From assembly GCA_964016885.1 (NCBI GenBank), contig OZ024741.1, positions 184,078,001-184,142,000 on the forward strand: a stretch of 64,000 nt of DNA. The letters are read 5' to 3'. Of this stretch, positions 11,003 to 24,122 are shown piece after piece. Each line of letters opens with the position of its first letter. Positions within the stretch are counted from its first letter, which is position 1. Under the pieces are notes generated by a model that was not told where the DNA came from, did no database searches, and saw only the letters and a list, made by a program, of their open reading frames with translations. Made by a program: the position numbers and the translations under genes. Source of the stretch: Eledone cirrhosa (taxonomy: Eukaryota).

Positions 11003-14000
11003 GATTTCATTTATTAGCCACAAGAGCCGACATGTAGGGGACAATACAAAGACAGAGACAGTGGGGGTTTACAATAAGGTCGAGTAAAAGTCCACAATGG
11101 CAAAACTAATTTAACAATGAAAATATAAAAATATAAAATAAACTATGAATAAATATAACAAAATAAATTCCCCAATAGGGGGTGGACCACCCTGGGGTGA
11201 CTCGGGTACCCCACCAATCCTGAACCACCCTGCGCTTCTAGGGCACCCAGGGAGAGCACCCCTCTCCTCAAGTTAGCTAGCCTATAGGCGCATGGTCAGA
11301 GTAGGCCCATTCACACGAGCCATTCTCGCCACATTCATCCACCTTTTAGCAAATGTACTGGGGGGCAGCACTTTTCTCTCCACCTTCACCTTCCTTTCCA
11401 GGTGAAACTTGAAGTAGTTGATGAGGGATTGGCCGAAGAGAAAAGTGTCTGTCTTCAGTCCTTTTAACCTGGTCCACCATATAACCTCTTTCGCAACTGC
11501 CACCAGACAGAGGAAAATTTCCTGCTCTTCCCGACCTAAAGAAGGCGGTGGATCGATCTTCACTATGAACTCGGCCGATAGTCGAATTCGTTCCACACGC
11601 GACAGTAGCCGTTCGACATAACTCCACAAGTCAGTAATGCACGGACTTTGGACAAGTGCGTGCAGAACGGTTTCGTCTGTAGAGTTTATCCCGAACCGGC
11701 AGTGCCCCCCCCGGTAGCACTGCCAAGCGAGGGATTTCTGGAAATTTTCCATCGTCTCCCGCTCAAAAGTCCTCCGGTACAGACTGGTCAGTTCGACTTC
11801 GTCGAGGCGCAAAGCTTCTCCGAGTGCGTCATCGCACTTGCCCACCACTAATCCTCCATAGAACTCGAGAGTGGAAGTTCCACTGATCGCATTGCCCGCT
11901 TGGTAGAGGGCAGTGAGTGCCTGGCAACATTCCAGGTGCCAGTCACCCAGTCTCGGTCTCTTCTTGACCCAGGACTGCAGCTCAGTCAAAGAAATGAGCT
12001 GCAGAAAGGCCCGTCTGATAAACGGCGACCACACCTGTTTACCGTTGAGGCAGAATATCTGGAGATGTCGCAGCCTCAACGTATGTCTGCGCATCATTAG
12101 CCACGGCATGCCCAGCCCTCCGCGTAGAGGGTGCTGGCAGCAGATGGACCGCCTCACCAACGGAACTTGTCCTCTCCACAAGAATTTGAAGAGGAGCCGT
12201 TCCAACTTGATGAGGCGCGGACGGGGGCAAGGCACGACGGTCAGTCGGTAGTAGATGACGGACGCGATGTACGCATTCGCCACCTCCGCGCGACCTTTCA
12301 GTGATAGCTTCCTCCCAGCCCATTTTTGGGTGAGACTGGCTACTCTGCTCGTTACCTCGTCCCAATTCTTTTCCACCTGGAGGTCTGGTCCGAACCAAAC
12401 CCCGAACAACTTTACCGGTTCGTCCGTCCAGCGCCTCATGACGCTGTTGGACGGCATGGGCTTACCTCTCCAGGTTCCGAGCTGCAAGCCCACCGAGATT
12501 TCCGGGTTAAGTTTGGCTCCTGTCAATCTTTCATATTCCTTCAATAAGGTGCAGACCACCTCGATTTCTGAGGTGTTCGACACCATCACGGTGATGTCGT
12601 CCGCATAAGCCGACACCGCCTTTCCACGTCCCGGTTCCAACGGGATGCCCTGCAACAGTTCCAGCTTCCGCAGTAAAGGCTCGAGAGTCAATATGTACAG
12701 AAGGGAAGAGAGGGGGTACCCTTGACGGACCGATCGGGAGAGCCGAAATGGTTCCGAGAGGTGGCCATTAACCTTGACCACCGAGCGTGTGCCGCTGTGC
12801 ACTGCAGCGATCCAGCTTCTGAAGACAGGGCCGAAGCCAGCTGCTTTGAGGACAAACTCCAGATACCGATGGTCGACCCTATCGAATGCTTTCGATTGAT
12901 CTAAATTGATCAGTGCCCCACCGAAGCCAGGTTTACACCCTACCCTCTCTATGATGTATCGCATGAGGTGGAGATTGTCGTGTATGGACCTGGCTGGGAT
13001 TGCGAAAGCTTGCGCCTCCCCAACCAAATCCTCGACGACAAGCTCCAATCTCTTTGCTAACACCTTGGCCAAAATCTTAAACTCTGTGTTGAGCAGAGTT
13101 ATGGGCCTAAAGTTGTCTAATGTATCCCTCTTGTTCTCGTCTTTCCTTATCAGCGTCACCACTCCCCTGCTCACAGAACTGGGAATACTCCCATTCTGCT
13201 GCCAATTGCAGTAAAGTGTTTCGAGGAGTTCGGACAACAAGTCTGGCATATTTACGTAAAGCTCGTAGGGCAGGCCATCCAAACCGGGTGACTTGCGCCT
13301 TATTCAGCCGACAAGGGCATCCTGAATTTCGGCTGAAGTAATCGGCCTTTAGCAGCGCTCAGCGTCGACCGTCGAGATGCGCGGCAAGCCGTCAAGATAG
13401 GGACTGAAATCCGCTAATCTCTCTGACTCGCCACTCTCCCTGAACAACCGAGCAAAGTGATGGCGAAAGGCCTCACACATCCGCTTGGAATCGCTTATCT
13501 CGTGTCCTTCTCGGTCCGCCAAAGACCGAATTGTGGTTTTATTACCACGCTGCGCATCCGCCAGGAGGGCCCATCGAACAGCTTTGGTTCCCTCATTTCT
13601 CAGCGCACGCGCCTTAGCTCTGACAATGCACCCTTCTAGTTTCGCATTGAAGAAATGGTCTAATGCCATTCTCGCCGCTAGCACGTCAGTTGCAATGCCA
13701 CTACAAATAGCCTCGTCTAACTTATCTATCAGCTCCCCCTCCTTTCTATTTTTTCTAACGCTAGTTCTTTGCTGAACTCTATCGAAGTTACTCTAATCTC
13801 TCTTTTGAGAGCCCCCCACCATCTGTTGTTAATGATCCCCCCTGTCGACTTTTGCTTAACTAAATTGTTGACTCGGTCCCTGTAAGCCTTACGTGCCGGA
13901 AATGACATGTTCAGCTTCCAGTAACCCGGTCCTAACCTACGCGTTTTATCTAGATCGACCGTACAGATCACAAATTTGTGATCTGAATAGGCGACCGTTT

Positions 14001-15300
14001 TAAAAAGTGGGCAGCCCACACTATTTCTATCTATTTTCCTAATGAAGATCCTGTCTATATACGATCTAGATGACCCCATTCGGTTGGTCCATGTCCATAC
14101 TGGCGCATTGGGGAAGTCTAGTCGATAACTGTCAGACAATTAGAACTGGCTGAGTAGGTGCTTGAGGCTTTTGTACCTCCCGCTGCTATCGGCTACTCCC
14201 ACACAATCCCAGCGTGCGTCTAAGATGCCATTCCAGTCCCCCGCTAACAGTAAAAGGCGAGACGTACCCAGAAAGGTCTCCAGGCGCCGAAAGAAGTCCG
14301 GTCGTCCGGCCTCTGTAGGGGCGTAGACGGCCAGCAGTCTAAAGGCACCACCTTCGCTACTGCTCACATCCAAGACCACAAACTTACCGTCCGGGTCCCG
14401 GAAGATCGACCTTACCTCGAGATCCAGTCCTTTCCTAAACAGCACTGCCACCCCACCCCCCATTCCCGGTCTGCTAACAGATGCGAAGATCTGATAGTCT
14501 TCGAAAATGGGGGCTAGTGCGCGCGTGTCGGAAATTCTGGTCTCGCTTACGGCAATCACATCCATTTCCAGCGACCAGGGCGCGAGCATTTAAACTTCCT
14601 ACTCTTAATATGGCCATATTGGTAAGCTAAGAGAGAGAGAGGGAAGGTTTACTTACCTCCCGGGGTCTTGTGAAGGTCGGGTGGTTCGACCTCCATGGTT
14701 GGTGGGGTTTCTTTTGGGAACCCCTTTAAAAGTCTTGATGTGGGTTTCACATTCGGGGTTCCCACGTCTTGAGAAAAGCTCTCTCGAATTTCTTTGAAGG
14801 AATTGAGTGACATTCGGACCAGAAGCAAATCTTCTGGCACGCAAAATGTGCTCATTTCAAAAATCTCCCACTCTGTTTGAATGTCCTCGCTTCGTGCTAA
14901 GAGGGCCATCAGTTTATCGTTGGCCCTTCTTACAAGCACGAAGTTTTTAACATTTTGTTGGTGTGGTTTTATTAGTTTTCGTTTTGGTGACTGTGGTGGT
15001 GATGGTTTTGGTGGTGTTGTTTCGGGTATGTCTGTGTTTGTTGTAGGTGTGGTGTCTGCAATTTCAGGTATTTGTGTGTTTATTTGTACTTGTGTTTGTT
15101 TAGGTTGTTTGCGTTTCGGGGATTGTGGAGGTGGTGTCGATGTTGCTGTTGGTGATGATTTTATTGGGTAAGTGTTTGCGTTAGTGGTGTCCGTATTTTT
15201 TGTTGTGTATGTTTTTGTGTTTTGTTGGGGCTTTTTTGTTTCCTCTGTTTTTTTTTTGCACTTTTGGGTTTTCCTTTATCTTCGCTGCTGGAAGACAAAA
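11003..15300 (-). mobile_element. Tx1 family B, copy B1, 5'-truncated within ORF1
   Basis: ORF1 tail 14649..14939; ORF2 pieces 14140..14589, 13729..14139, 13349..13684 and 11282..13282. The 3'UTR ends CTTGTGGCTAATAAATGAAATC(ATT)n. Confidence 0.92.
11282..13282 (-). CDS. Open 666-aa reverse transcriptase portion of Tx1 ORF2 (element defective upstream)
   Basis: FRPITLLN, DQSKAFDRVDH, VRQGYPLS, AYADDI, GGLG. Part of the C-terminal Cys motif is deleted near 11680. Confidence 0.8.
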   Translation of the reverse strand: MDGLPYELYVNMPDLLSELLETLYCNWQQNGSIPSSVSRGVVTLIRKDENKRDTLDNFRPITLLNTEFKILAKVLAKRLELVVEDLVGEAQAFAIPARSIHDNLHLMRYIIERVGCKPGFGGALINLDQSKAFDRVDHRYLEFVLKAAGFGPVFRSWIAAVHSGTRSVVKVNGHLSEPFRLSRSVRQGYPLSSLLYILTLEPLLRKLELLQGIPLEPGRGKAVSAYADDITVMVSNTSEIEVVCTLLKEYERLTGAKLNPEISVGLQLGTWRGKPMPSNSVMRRWTDEPVKLFGVWFGPDLQVEKNWDEVTSRVASLTQKWAGRKLSLKGRAEVANAYIASVIYYRLTVVPCPRPRLIKLERLLFKFLWRGQVPLVRRSICCQHPLRGGLGMPWLMMRRHTLRLRHLQIFCLNGKQVWSPFIRRAFLQLISLTELQSWVKKRPRLGDWHLECCQALTALYQAGNAISGTSTLEFYGGLVVGKCDDALGEALRLDEVELTSLYRRTFERETMENFQKSLAWQCYRGGHCRFGINSTDETVLHALVQSPCITDLWSYVERLLSRVERIRLSAEFIVKIDPPPSLGREEQEIFLCLVAVAKEVIWWTRLKGLKTDTFLFGQSLINYFKFHLERKVKVERKVLPPSTFAKRWMNVARMARVNGPTLTMRL

Positions 15301-15408
15301 GGTCTGTGGCTGTGAGTGTCTCTGTGTCTGTGTGTGCGTTTATTGTTTTGTCTATGTGTATAATTGGGGGGGGGGGGGGGGGGTAATAATAATAATAAAA
15401 ATAATAAT

Positions 15409-17316
15409 ACTTTCTTTATTAACCACAAGGGTTGACATAAAGTAGACATTAAGGACAGTACAGGACAATACAGGACGGTACAAATGGGCATTTCTGCGTG
15501 TAAAAAACAAAAAACAGAGGATGTAACAAAAAAATATTAATGAAAAATTCGCCAATACGGGGGAGACTTCCGAGGGACATTCGTGGAGAAAGCCCATTAA
15601 AGAGCCACAGTGACCCTAGCCACCAGGGCAAGTGCCCTCTCCCAGTTTTCCACCTTGAATTTACAGACACATACTCAGAGTAGGCCAATTCACTCGGGCC
15701 ATTCTTGCTTCTCTCACCCATCTTTCAACAAAATGCTGGGAAGAGAGCACTTCCCTCTCTACCCTGATTTTCCTTTTCAAATGAAATTTGAAAAAGTTAA
15801 TCAGGGCATCACCGAAGAGGTAAGTGCTCGTTTTCAGCCCTTTCAAACGCGTCCACCATACTATCTCTTTCGCCATGGCCACCAGACAGATAAAAACGGC
15901 CTGCCCTTCCCGGCTAAAGGAGAGGGCGGGGCGATCCTCACGATGTACTGAGCTGATAGCTGGATCCGTCCTACACGCGACAGCAGGTGTTCCACATAAA
16001 CCCACAAGTCAGCAAGCTCGGACACTGGACGAGTGCGTGCAGGACGGTTTCGTTGCCCTGCGCGCATCTCGGACATGCCCAGCTGACGGCACCTCCATGC
16101 CTGTAGAGTTTATCCCGAACTGGCAAAGCTCTTCGGTAGCACTGCCAGGCCAGGGATTTCTGGAAGTTGTCCATAGGCCCCGGCCCGAAAGTTCTTCCGA
16201 AGAGATTGGCTAGTTGATTTTCGTCGACGCCTAGAGTTTCCCCAAGTACGTAGTCGCAATTCCCCTCCACTAATCATCTATAGAACGCCAAGGTGGAGTT
16301 TCCACGGATCTCATTGCCAGATTGGACGAGGGCTGTGAGCGCCTGAAGACATTCTAGTCTCTTCGCTTGACCCAGGACTGCAGCTCCGTCAAGGAGACGA
16401 GCAGGGGAAAGACGCGTCTAGCAAACGGCGACCACACCTGATCACCGTCGAGGAAGAGGTGGAGATGTCGTAGCCTGAGCGCTTGTCTGCGCATCATCAG
16501 CCACGGCATGCCCTGCCCTCCACGTAGCGGGTGTTCATAGCAGATGGACCGCCTGACCATCGGAGCGCGTCCCTTCCACATAAAGCGAAAGAGCAAACGC
16601 TCCAGCGCAGACAGGCGGGGCTTAGGATAAGGTACGACGGTCAGGCGGTAGTAGATGACGGACGCGATGTACGCGTTAGCCACCTCCGCTCGACCTTTCA
16701 CGGATAGCTTCCTCTCCGCGCCCATTTCTGGGTGAGAGAAGCCACGCTGCTCGTTACCTCGTCCCAGTTTTTGTCCATCTTGAGGTCCGGACCGAACCAG
16801 ACCCTAGCAATTTAACCGGTCCGTCCGTCCAGCCCCTGACGACGCTGTTGGACGGCATGGACCAGCCTCTCCAGGTGACCCTGTACCCATCTTTCTTTAC
16901 CATTCTCTTGGCTTCATCTAATTCTTCCTGAGTTACCTGGATTGCTTCGCACTTTTTTGCTACTCTGGCAAAAGACAGGGTGGTTTTCTTATTCTCATTG
17001 TTGTTGTTGCTGTTGTTGTTATCGTTATTTTTGTTATTGTCATTTTTAGTTTCAGTTGTGGTCGTGGTGGCGTCAGTGGTGTTCGGTGTGGAAGAGTCCA
17101 TTCTGGGTGAATCCATTTCGATGTCACGAGATAATTTATTTTTTCTTTTGTTTCTGATGACGCTGTCGCTTTTTTAGTGTCTTTTTCAGAAAACAATGTA
17201 TGTGCACTTATATACAGTTAACAATAAAAAATTTCCATAAATGGCAATTTTAAACAACTGAAAATAACAAACATTTGCGGATCTCACGATAATACGATTT
17301 TCTACCTAGGTCGCCA
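15409..17316 (-). mobile_element. Tx1 family A, internally deleted copy A2 (5'UTR and ORF1 start fused to the ORF2 3' third and 3'UTR)
   Basis: 16876-17316 matches A1 3989-4710. 15409-16877 matches the ORF2 3' part of family A (A1 1-300 and 42540-43807). The fusion reads KKDGYRVT|WRGWSMPSNSVV. Confidence 0.9.
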
Positions 17317-17361
17317 ATAATAATTTAAAAAAAATAAAATAAATAATAATAATAATAATAA

Positions 17362-20300
17362 TGATTTCTTTATTGGTCACAAGGGCTGACATCAAGAAAA
17401 ACATTACAGACGGCACAGGACGGTACAGTACGGTACGATGTGGGTTTTGTGCGTGTAAAGATTTTTATTATTTATATCAGAAAATAAAAAAAAAGACATA
17501 GAAACATATATATATATAAACTATAAAAATGAAAATTGAAACAATGAAGCCTCTGAGGGTTACTCGTGCGAAAACCACACAAAAGACCACGGCCACCCTG
17601 ACCACCAGGGCAAGCGCCCTCTCTCAATTTTTCCATTTCTCAAACTACAGGCGTATATTCAGAGTGGTCCCGTTCACACGGACCATTCTCGCTACATTCA
17701 CCCACCTTTCAACAAACTTGCTAGAAAGCAGCACTTGCATCTCCACCCTGATTTTCCTCTTCAAGTGAAACTTGAAAAAGTTAATTAGGGATTCGCCGAA
17801 GAGGAAAGTGTCTGTCTTTAACCCTTTCAACCTTGTCCACCACACAATCTCTTTCGCCATGGCCACCAGGCAGATGAAAACCGCCTGCCCTTCCTCCTCG
17901 AAGGAAGACGGCGCGAACATCTGCACAATGGACTCAGTCGATAACCGAATCAGTCATACACGCGACAGCAACTGTTCGACATAGCTCCACAAATCAGCAA
18001 TGCTCGGGCATTGAACGAGTGCGTGCACGACGGTTTCGTCCCTCTGCGCGCATCACGGACAGGCTCGGCTGACAGCACTTCCGTGCCTGTAGAGCTTATC
18101 TCAAACCGGCAACGCTCTGGCCAGGGATATTTGGAAATTATCAATAGGCCCTGGACTGAAAGTTCTCCGGAAGAGAGCAAACAGCTGATCTTCTTCGACG
18201 CCCAGGATCTCTCTGAGAACGGCGTCGCTCTTACCCCCCACTAGGCCTTTCAGAGACAGCTTCCTCTCGGCCCATTTCTGGGTGAGGGAGGCCACCCTGC
18301 TCATCACCTCGCTTCAGTTTTTCTCCATCTGGAGGTCCGGTCCGAACCAGAACCCGAGCAATTTAACCTGTCCGTCCGTCCAACGCCCCACGACGCTGTC
18401 GGATGGCATGGACTTGCCTCTCCTGGTGCCGAGCTGCAAGCCCATCAATTTTTCCTGGTTTATCTTTGCTCCTGTCACCACTTCGTATTCCTTGAGAGTG
18501 GTGCCGAGCATCTTGACGTGTAGGGTGCTCGACACCACTACGGTGACGACGTCGGCGTAAGCCGACTCGGATTTCCCGCATCCTACTTCGGTCGGGACGC
18601 CCCTCATCGCCCCCAGTTTGGGCAGAAACGGCTCGAGAGCCAATACGTACAAGAGGGACAAGAGGGGTAAAACCCTGGCGGACCGAGCGCATGATGCTGA
18701 ACGGCTGCGACAGGTGACCGTTCACCCTCACAACTGAGCAGATGTCGCTGTACATAGCAGCGATCCAACCTCAGAAAATGGGCCCAAAACTGGCTGCCTC
18801 GAGGACGCCGCCAGGTACCGATGTTCGACCCTATCAAATGCTTCGGATTGATCCAAGTTGATCAAGGCCCCACACGTGCCAGGTTCTTTAACCACCCTCT
18901 CTACGATGTATCGCATGAGGTGGAGGTTGTCGTGTATGGATCTGACCGGAATGGCGCATATATGCGCCTCTCCCGCCCGATCCCCGACGACAAGCACCAA
19001 CCTCGTTGCTAACATCTTGGCCAAAATCTTGAACTCTGCGTTTAGCAGGGTTATGGGCCTGAAGTTATCGATAACATCCCCCTTGTTCGGGTATCTTCTC
19101 AGCAGCGCCACCGCTCCCCGGCTCACAAAACTGGGAATGCTCGCGTTCTGCTGCCAGTTGCAGTAGACGTCTGCCAAGAGGTCACCGAACATCTAGCATA
19201 GATGCATAAAGCTCGTAGGGCAGAGCATCCAAACCTGATGATTTACCCTTCGTGCAGTTAGCCATCGCTTCCCGTATTTCACCGCCTGTTATTGGCTTTT
19301 CGCAACACTGTGCTGCGGTCGTCGAGAGCCGAGGGAGTCCGTCGAGGTATGCTCTGAAGTCCACACCCCGATCCCGTCCGCCGCTGCTCACGAACAGTTC
19401 AGCAAAGTGCTGTTTAAAAGCCTCACACATCTGCTCAGTTTCGAGCAACACGCGCCCGTTTTGGTCAGATAAAGACCGAATTGTCGTTTTGTTGCCACGT
19501 CGCGCCTCTGCCAACCGGGCCCATTGGACGGCTTTTGTCCCCTCGTGTTTCAGAGCACGCGCTCTAGCTCTGACAACGCAGCCTTCGGGTTTTGCGCTGA
19601 AGAATTGGTCGAGTGCCAATCTCGCTGCAATCACGCCAGTTGCGATGCCTATCCTAAACGCCTCTTCTAGCTTTCTGACTAGCTCTCCCTCTATCCTATT
19701 TTCCTCTATCACTAGTCCTTTGCTAAACCTAATCGACTCTAACCTGTTGTTGACGACCGCTCCCGTCAACGCCCGCCTAACTAATATGCTAATCCGGTCT
19801 CTGTAGGCTTTGCGCACCGGGAAAGACGCGTTCAGCTTCCAGTAACCGGGTCCTTGTCTATGAAGTTTGTCTATGTCGATCTCACAGATCACACATTTGT
19901 GGTCTGTGTAGTCGACTATTTTAAATTGTGGACAACTTATACTAGCCTTATATAGTTCTCTGCATAATACCCTATCGAGATACGATCTGGATGACCCGAT
20001 GCGGTTTGTCCATGTCTACATTGGCACATTCGGGTGATCCAGTCGATACCTGTCAGACAGTTCAAAACCTCTGAGCAGGTGGGTGAGGCTCTTTCACCCT
20101 CCTCCCCTATCCACTAGCCCCACACAATCCCAGCGTGCATCCAAGATACCGTTCCAATCGCTCACTAACACTAAAGAGCGGGACGTTCCAAGAAAGGTCT
20201 CTATCATGTGAATAAATCTGGTCGTCCTGCCCCAGTTGGGGTGTAGACGGCTACTAGCCTGAAAGCTTTGCCTTCGCTGCCGGTCACGTCCAGCACCACC

Positions 20301-22850
20301 GACTTACATTCTGGGTCCAGGAAGATGTGCCATATGGCGAGATCCAAGCCTCTCCGGAAAAGGACGGCAACCTCTCCTTCCGATCCTGGACAGCTGGGAG
20401 ATGCGTATACATGGTAGCCGCCGAAGATTGGGGCGAAGGCTCGTGTTTAGGAGATTCTGGTCTCGCTGATAGCTACCACATCTATGTTTAGTGACCTGAG
20501 GTCGTTGAGCAGGTGACCCTGCTTCCAAGATGACCCCAGGCCACGTGCATTTATACTGCCTATTCTAAGCACGGCCATGTTGGATGAGAAACGGGGCAAG
20601 TGAGAAAGGGTTACTTACCTTGATCGTGTGGTGAAGGGACAGTAGAACCGTCCCTTTGGCTGGTCATGGGGGTTTCCAAGAGGATGTCAGTGTATATCCT
20701 CTTGGTAACTGACACTCTGAAGTCTCCAACTGCGTTGGGGAATTTTTGTTTTAAAGGTTTGTGCTGTTCTATTAAGATTTCAATGATGCTTATGTTTGTC
20801 GGGAGAGTTCTTGGTGTTGGTGGGGTGTAGCAGTTTTTTTCTGTGATGTCTGTGTGCTGCTTTATATATTGTATGAGTTCTTTATTTGCCATATTTAGAG
20901 CTGTGTACTTTTGGGGGAGAAGGGTGATTTTGTTGCTGTTTTCTTCTTCTTGCTGTTTGGTGTGTGTGTTTTGTTGTGTTTGTGTTGTTGGTGTTTTTGA
21001 TGATGCTGGTGGTGGTGTGGTTGTTGTTGGCGGTGGTGCTTGTGGTGGTGTTGCTGAAAGTCTCCTTACAGCCTTTACCCCTCTTTGTGTGCTTTCGCTT
21101 TTGGAGGGTGAAGCTAAGGGTTTTTTTGTTTTTTGTTTGTTTTTGTGGCAGACTGTTTGCCACTTCACTCCCGCCTCAGACTCCATGTCGGATTCCGTGG
21201 CGTCTGGGAGGTGTATGTGCGTCACGGCTGTTGGTGGTGGTATTGGAGCCCTCTCCGGCGATTTTGTTGCTGGTGCAGCTACTGCAGATGTAGCTACTGG
21301 TGTTGCCGCCACTGATGCTGCTGCTTTAGTTGTCAGTGGCCTTGGTACGGGTGCCACGGACGTTGCCCTCCTACTCACCGTGGAAGGGGCTTCTGCGTTT
21401 GTTGCCTGCCCTACTCTTGGTAGTAGCGGACTAGGTATTGGAGAGGGGCCTTCTTCTTCACTGTCTTCTGCTAGAAAAAGGCACTGAGGTGACCCTTTGA
21501 CCCACAGAGATAAAATGTTGGCCGTCTTCCTTCCACGCTTATAGGGAGTTGGAGTCCTTCCTCGATGTCTATGATATCGGGGATAGCGTCGATACATTCC
21601 TGGTCAGTTTGTATAAGCATTTGCATGCCTATACCTGACCAGCTCTCTCTCCCTATTTTCTCTACTTGCAGCATGGTCGTCCTGTCCTCGATTCCGGCAA
21701 GGACAGACGCGGCCAGCCAAGTTATGGGCACCTCGGGTGGGACCTGGGTCACTTTGAACCTCACAATTTTCTGCCCGCGGTAGGAGGGTACCAAGACTAT
21801 CTCCTCACTCTTTAGGGTTTCCAAAGAGTGAAACTTCGCTTCTTGGGTGGCGGCGAAGAGTACGTCTACTGTGGCGTACTTTCTGCCTCGGGTGATGTGG
21901 GTTTTGTGTGCCCAGACGCACCCCAAGGCCTTTTGGATTTGAGCCTCCATGGCTCACTCCACCCGATGTGAAATTTTGCTTACGGTGCAGTAATTTACCG
22001 TCCGTAGCTGCTGGTCCTTGAAAACATCGGGTGGAGGTTTCAAGGAAACTCTATTGTCGTTTCTTGTCTCCATGGCCCTTGAGACTGTCATCTCCTCCTC
22101 TGTGACTAACACTGTCTCGATATTTCGGGCGACACCTGCAAAAGAGGTGATCCCTTTTTCAGCAGCACCACTATTGCTGCCGCTACTGGTCTTGCTGGTG
22201 GTGCTGAGATCGCTGTTACAGGTATCGATGTCATTGTTGATGTTTTCGTTGGTACTGTTATTGTTGTTGCTGTTGTTGTTTTCGTTGATACTGTTGCTGT
22301 TGTTACTGTTATTGTGGCTGTTGTTATTATTGTTGTTGTGGCTGTTGTTATTGTCATTGTTATTGTCGTTCTCGACCTTACCGCTGTTATTTTTGTTGTT
22401 GCTGTTGTTATTGATGGTGTTGTTGTTTGTGTTATTGTTGGTGTTGTTTGTGTTCGATATATTTGGTAATTTTAAATCTGTAACAATATCATTAAAAATG
22501 CTATTGTTCTTCTTTTCCTTCGTAATATTTTCTTTTAAAATTACTTTGGCTAGAACGCTGTCTTGTTGATATGTTGACAAAGTCTCCCTCTCTCTGTGTC
22601 GTCTGACAGCGCTCTCTCTCTTTCTTGTGTTTTCCATGTTGAAAGACTTTTTTTTTCAAATAATACTTTTACACAATACGACACCCCGTAAAGGGGTGCC
22701 GTATTATTTACGAGTGAACCCCTGTATTAGGTGGGTCACTTCTAAACTTTTATCAAGTTTAAAACTTGAATAAAAGGTTTAGAACGGTTGAAAACGAGGT
22801 AAACTGTTGAAAAAAACTGGAGGCGATAAGAAGCGTATCTTCACCTTCAA
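17362..22850 (-). mobile_element. Tx1 family C, full-length, decayed
   Basis: ORF1 pieces 21954..22637 (Asn-rich), 21471..21950 and 20611..21597. ORF2 runs from ATG 20578 (MAVLRIGSINARG) to 17645 with stops and deletions. (ATT)n at both ends. Confidence 0.92.
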
Positions 22851-23043
22851 TAAACAATAATAATAATAATAGTAATAATAATAAATTTGAAGAATAAAAT
22901 CCCAAAAGGGCTCGATAAGGAGAAATATATGTCAAATATATAAGAACCGTAGAGCAAGTATTTATTAAAATAACAGATTAAAGTTTAAGCAAAGAATCGC
23001 TGCTTTCACCCTTAACGGGATCTTCTGGAACTAAAAGAAATCA

Positions 23044-23044
<1 letters not shown>

Positions 23045-23108
<64 letters not shown>

Positions 23109-23141
23109 TGTATGTATGTATGTATGTATGTATGTATGTAT
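23045..23141. repeat. (TA)n(TATG)n microsatellite
   Basis: Seen directly in the sequence. Confidence 0.95.
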
Positions 23142-23154
23142 ACCCGTATTTATA

Positions 23155-23340
23155 CCCGTATGAAGGATGACAGCTATGAAGGATGCAGAGCGCTCAAAGT
23201 TGATGGAACCTATGGAGTAGGAAGTCCCAGGAAGACTTGGGATGAGGTGATAAAAGTTAACCTTTCACAATTGCACCTCCCAGGATGACACAGGGTCAGG
23301 ATCTCTGACATTATGCCGTAATACAGAAAACCCTGCTTCA
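23155..23340 (+). mobile_element. RTE-type LINE 3'-end remnant
   Basis: Translates as ..ALKVDGTYGVGSPRKTWDEVIK.., resembling the RTE C-terminal G.RGRPRKTW motif. Confidence 0.6.
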
Positions 23341-23639
23341 CATGAGTGTAGGCTGAAGCATATATATAGTTTTCACCTCACGCCTTTCACACAGACTTCC
23401 CATGAGCACAGCCTGAAGCATAAATCTGGTATGCACCACCTTCACCTTTATCCTCCCTTCCACAAACCTCTCACATCCTAACACTCAGCATCTCTCACAT
23501 GCCCATATACCCACCTCCCTAATCCCTACACACCATTCTCACCAAAGCCCCCAGCCCACACCGTAATGTGGTCGTGATGGCAACACGACAACATCAACTA
23601 GCCCACACTGTAAGGTGGTCGTGTATGTGTCACGACAAA

Positions 23640-23725
23640 AAACACTCAGTACTCACTGTAAATGTGGTTGGCGTTAGAAAGGGCATCCTGCCATAGAAAC
23701 CAAGCCAACATCAGTTCTGTATGAG
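23640..23725 (+). mobile_element. Fragment of an RTE-related SINE or RTE 5' region
   Basis: GGTTGGCGTTAGAAAGGGCATCCTGCCATAGAAAC resembles the GTTGGCG.CAGGAAGGGCATCC motif of RTE-related repeats. Confidence 0.5.
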
Positions 23726-23883
23726 CGAGACCTGGACATCGATTAGATGGATTTACTTGATATTAAGGATTGTTACTTATATGTATGCGAAACTTAGTAT
23801 TAAGTGTGGGAAGCAAACCAACATATTTATTTCTATAATTTATAGGGTATATATTAGGGTTTTTATATTATCATTAGGTATAG

Positions 23884-24073
23884 GGCGGTGGATTGGCAGT
23901 ATCGGTAGAGCGTCAGATACCATGGTTTGCAGCATAGAGTTATGGCCCTTTACTTTCTGAGTTCAAATCCCGCAGAGTTTAACTTTTCCTTTCATCCTTA
24001 TGGGGTCGATAAAGTATAGCACCAATAATGCACTAGGGTAATTGCTGGCCTTGTGCCAAAAGTAGAAATAATT
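23884..24073 (+). mobile_element. tRNA-derived SINE with 11-bp TSD
   Basis: ATTAGGTATAG at 23873-23883 and 24074-24084. Confidence 0.88.
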
Positions 24074-24122
24074 ATTAGGTATAGTTGCATGGTCTTTTAC
24101 TGAGTTAATATTACTAGCAGGC

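Noticed and set aside
22990-23035. Hammerhead-like string on minus (CAGAAGA-tccc-gttaa-ggg-t-GAAA)
   Set aside because: The core is mutated and stems I and III do not close convincingly.
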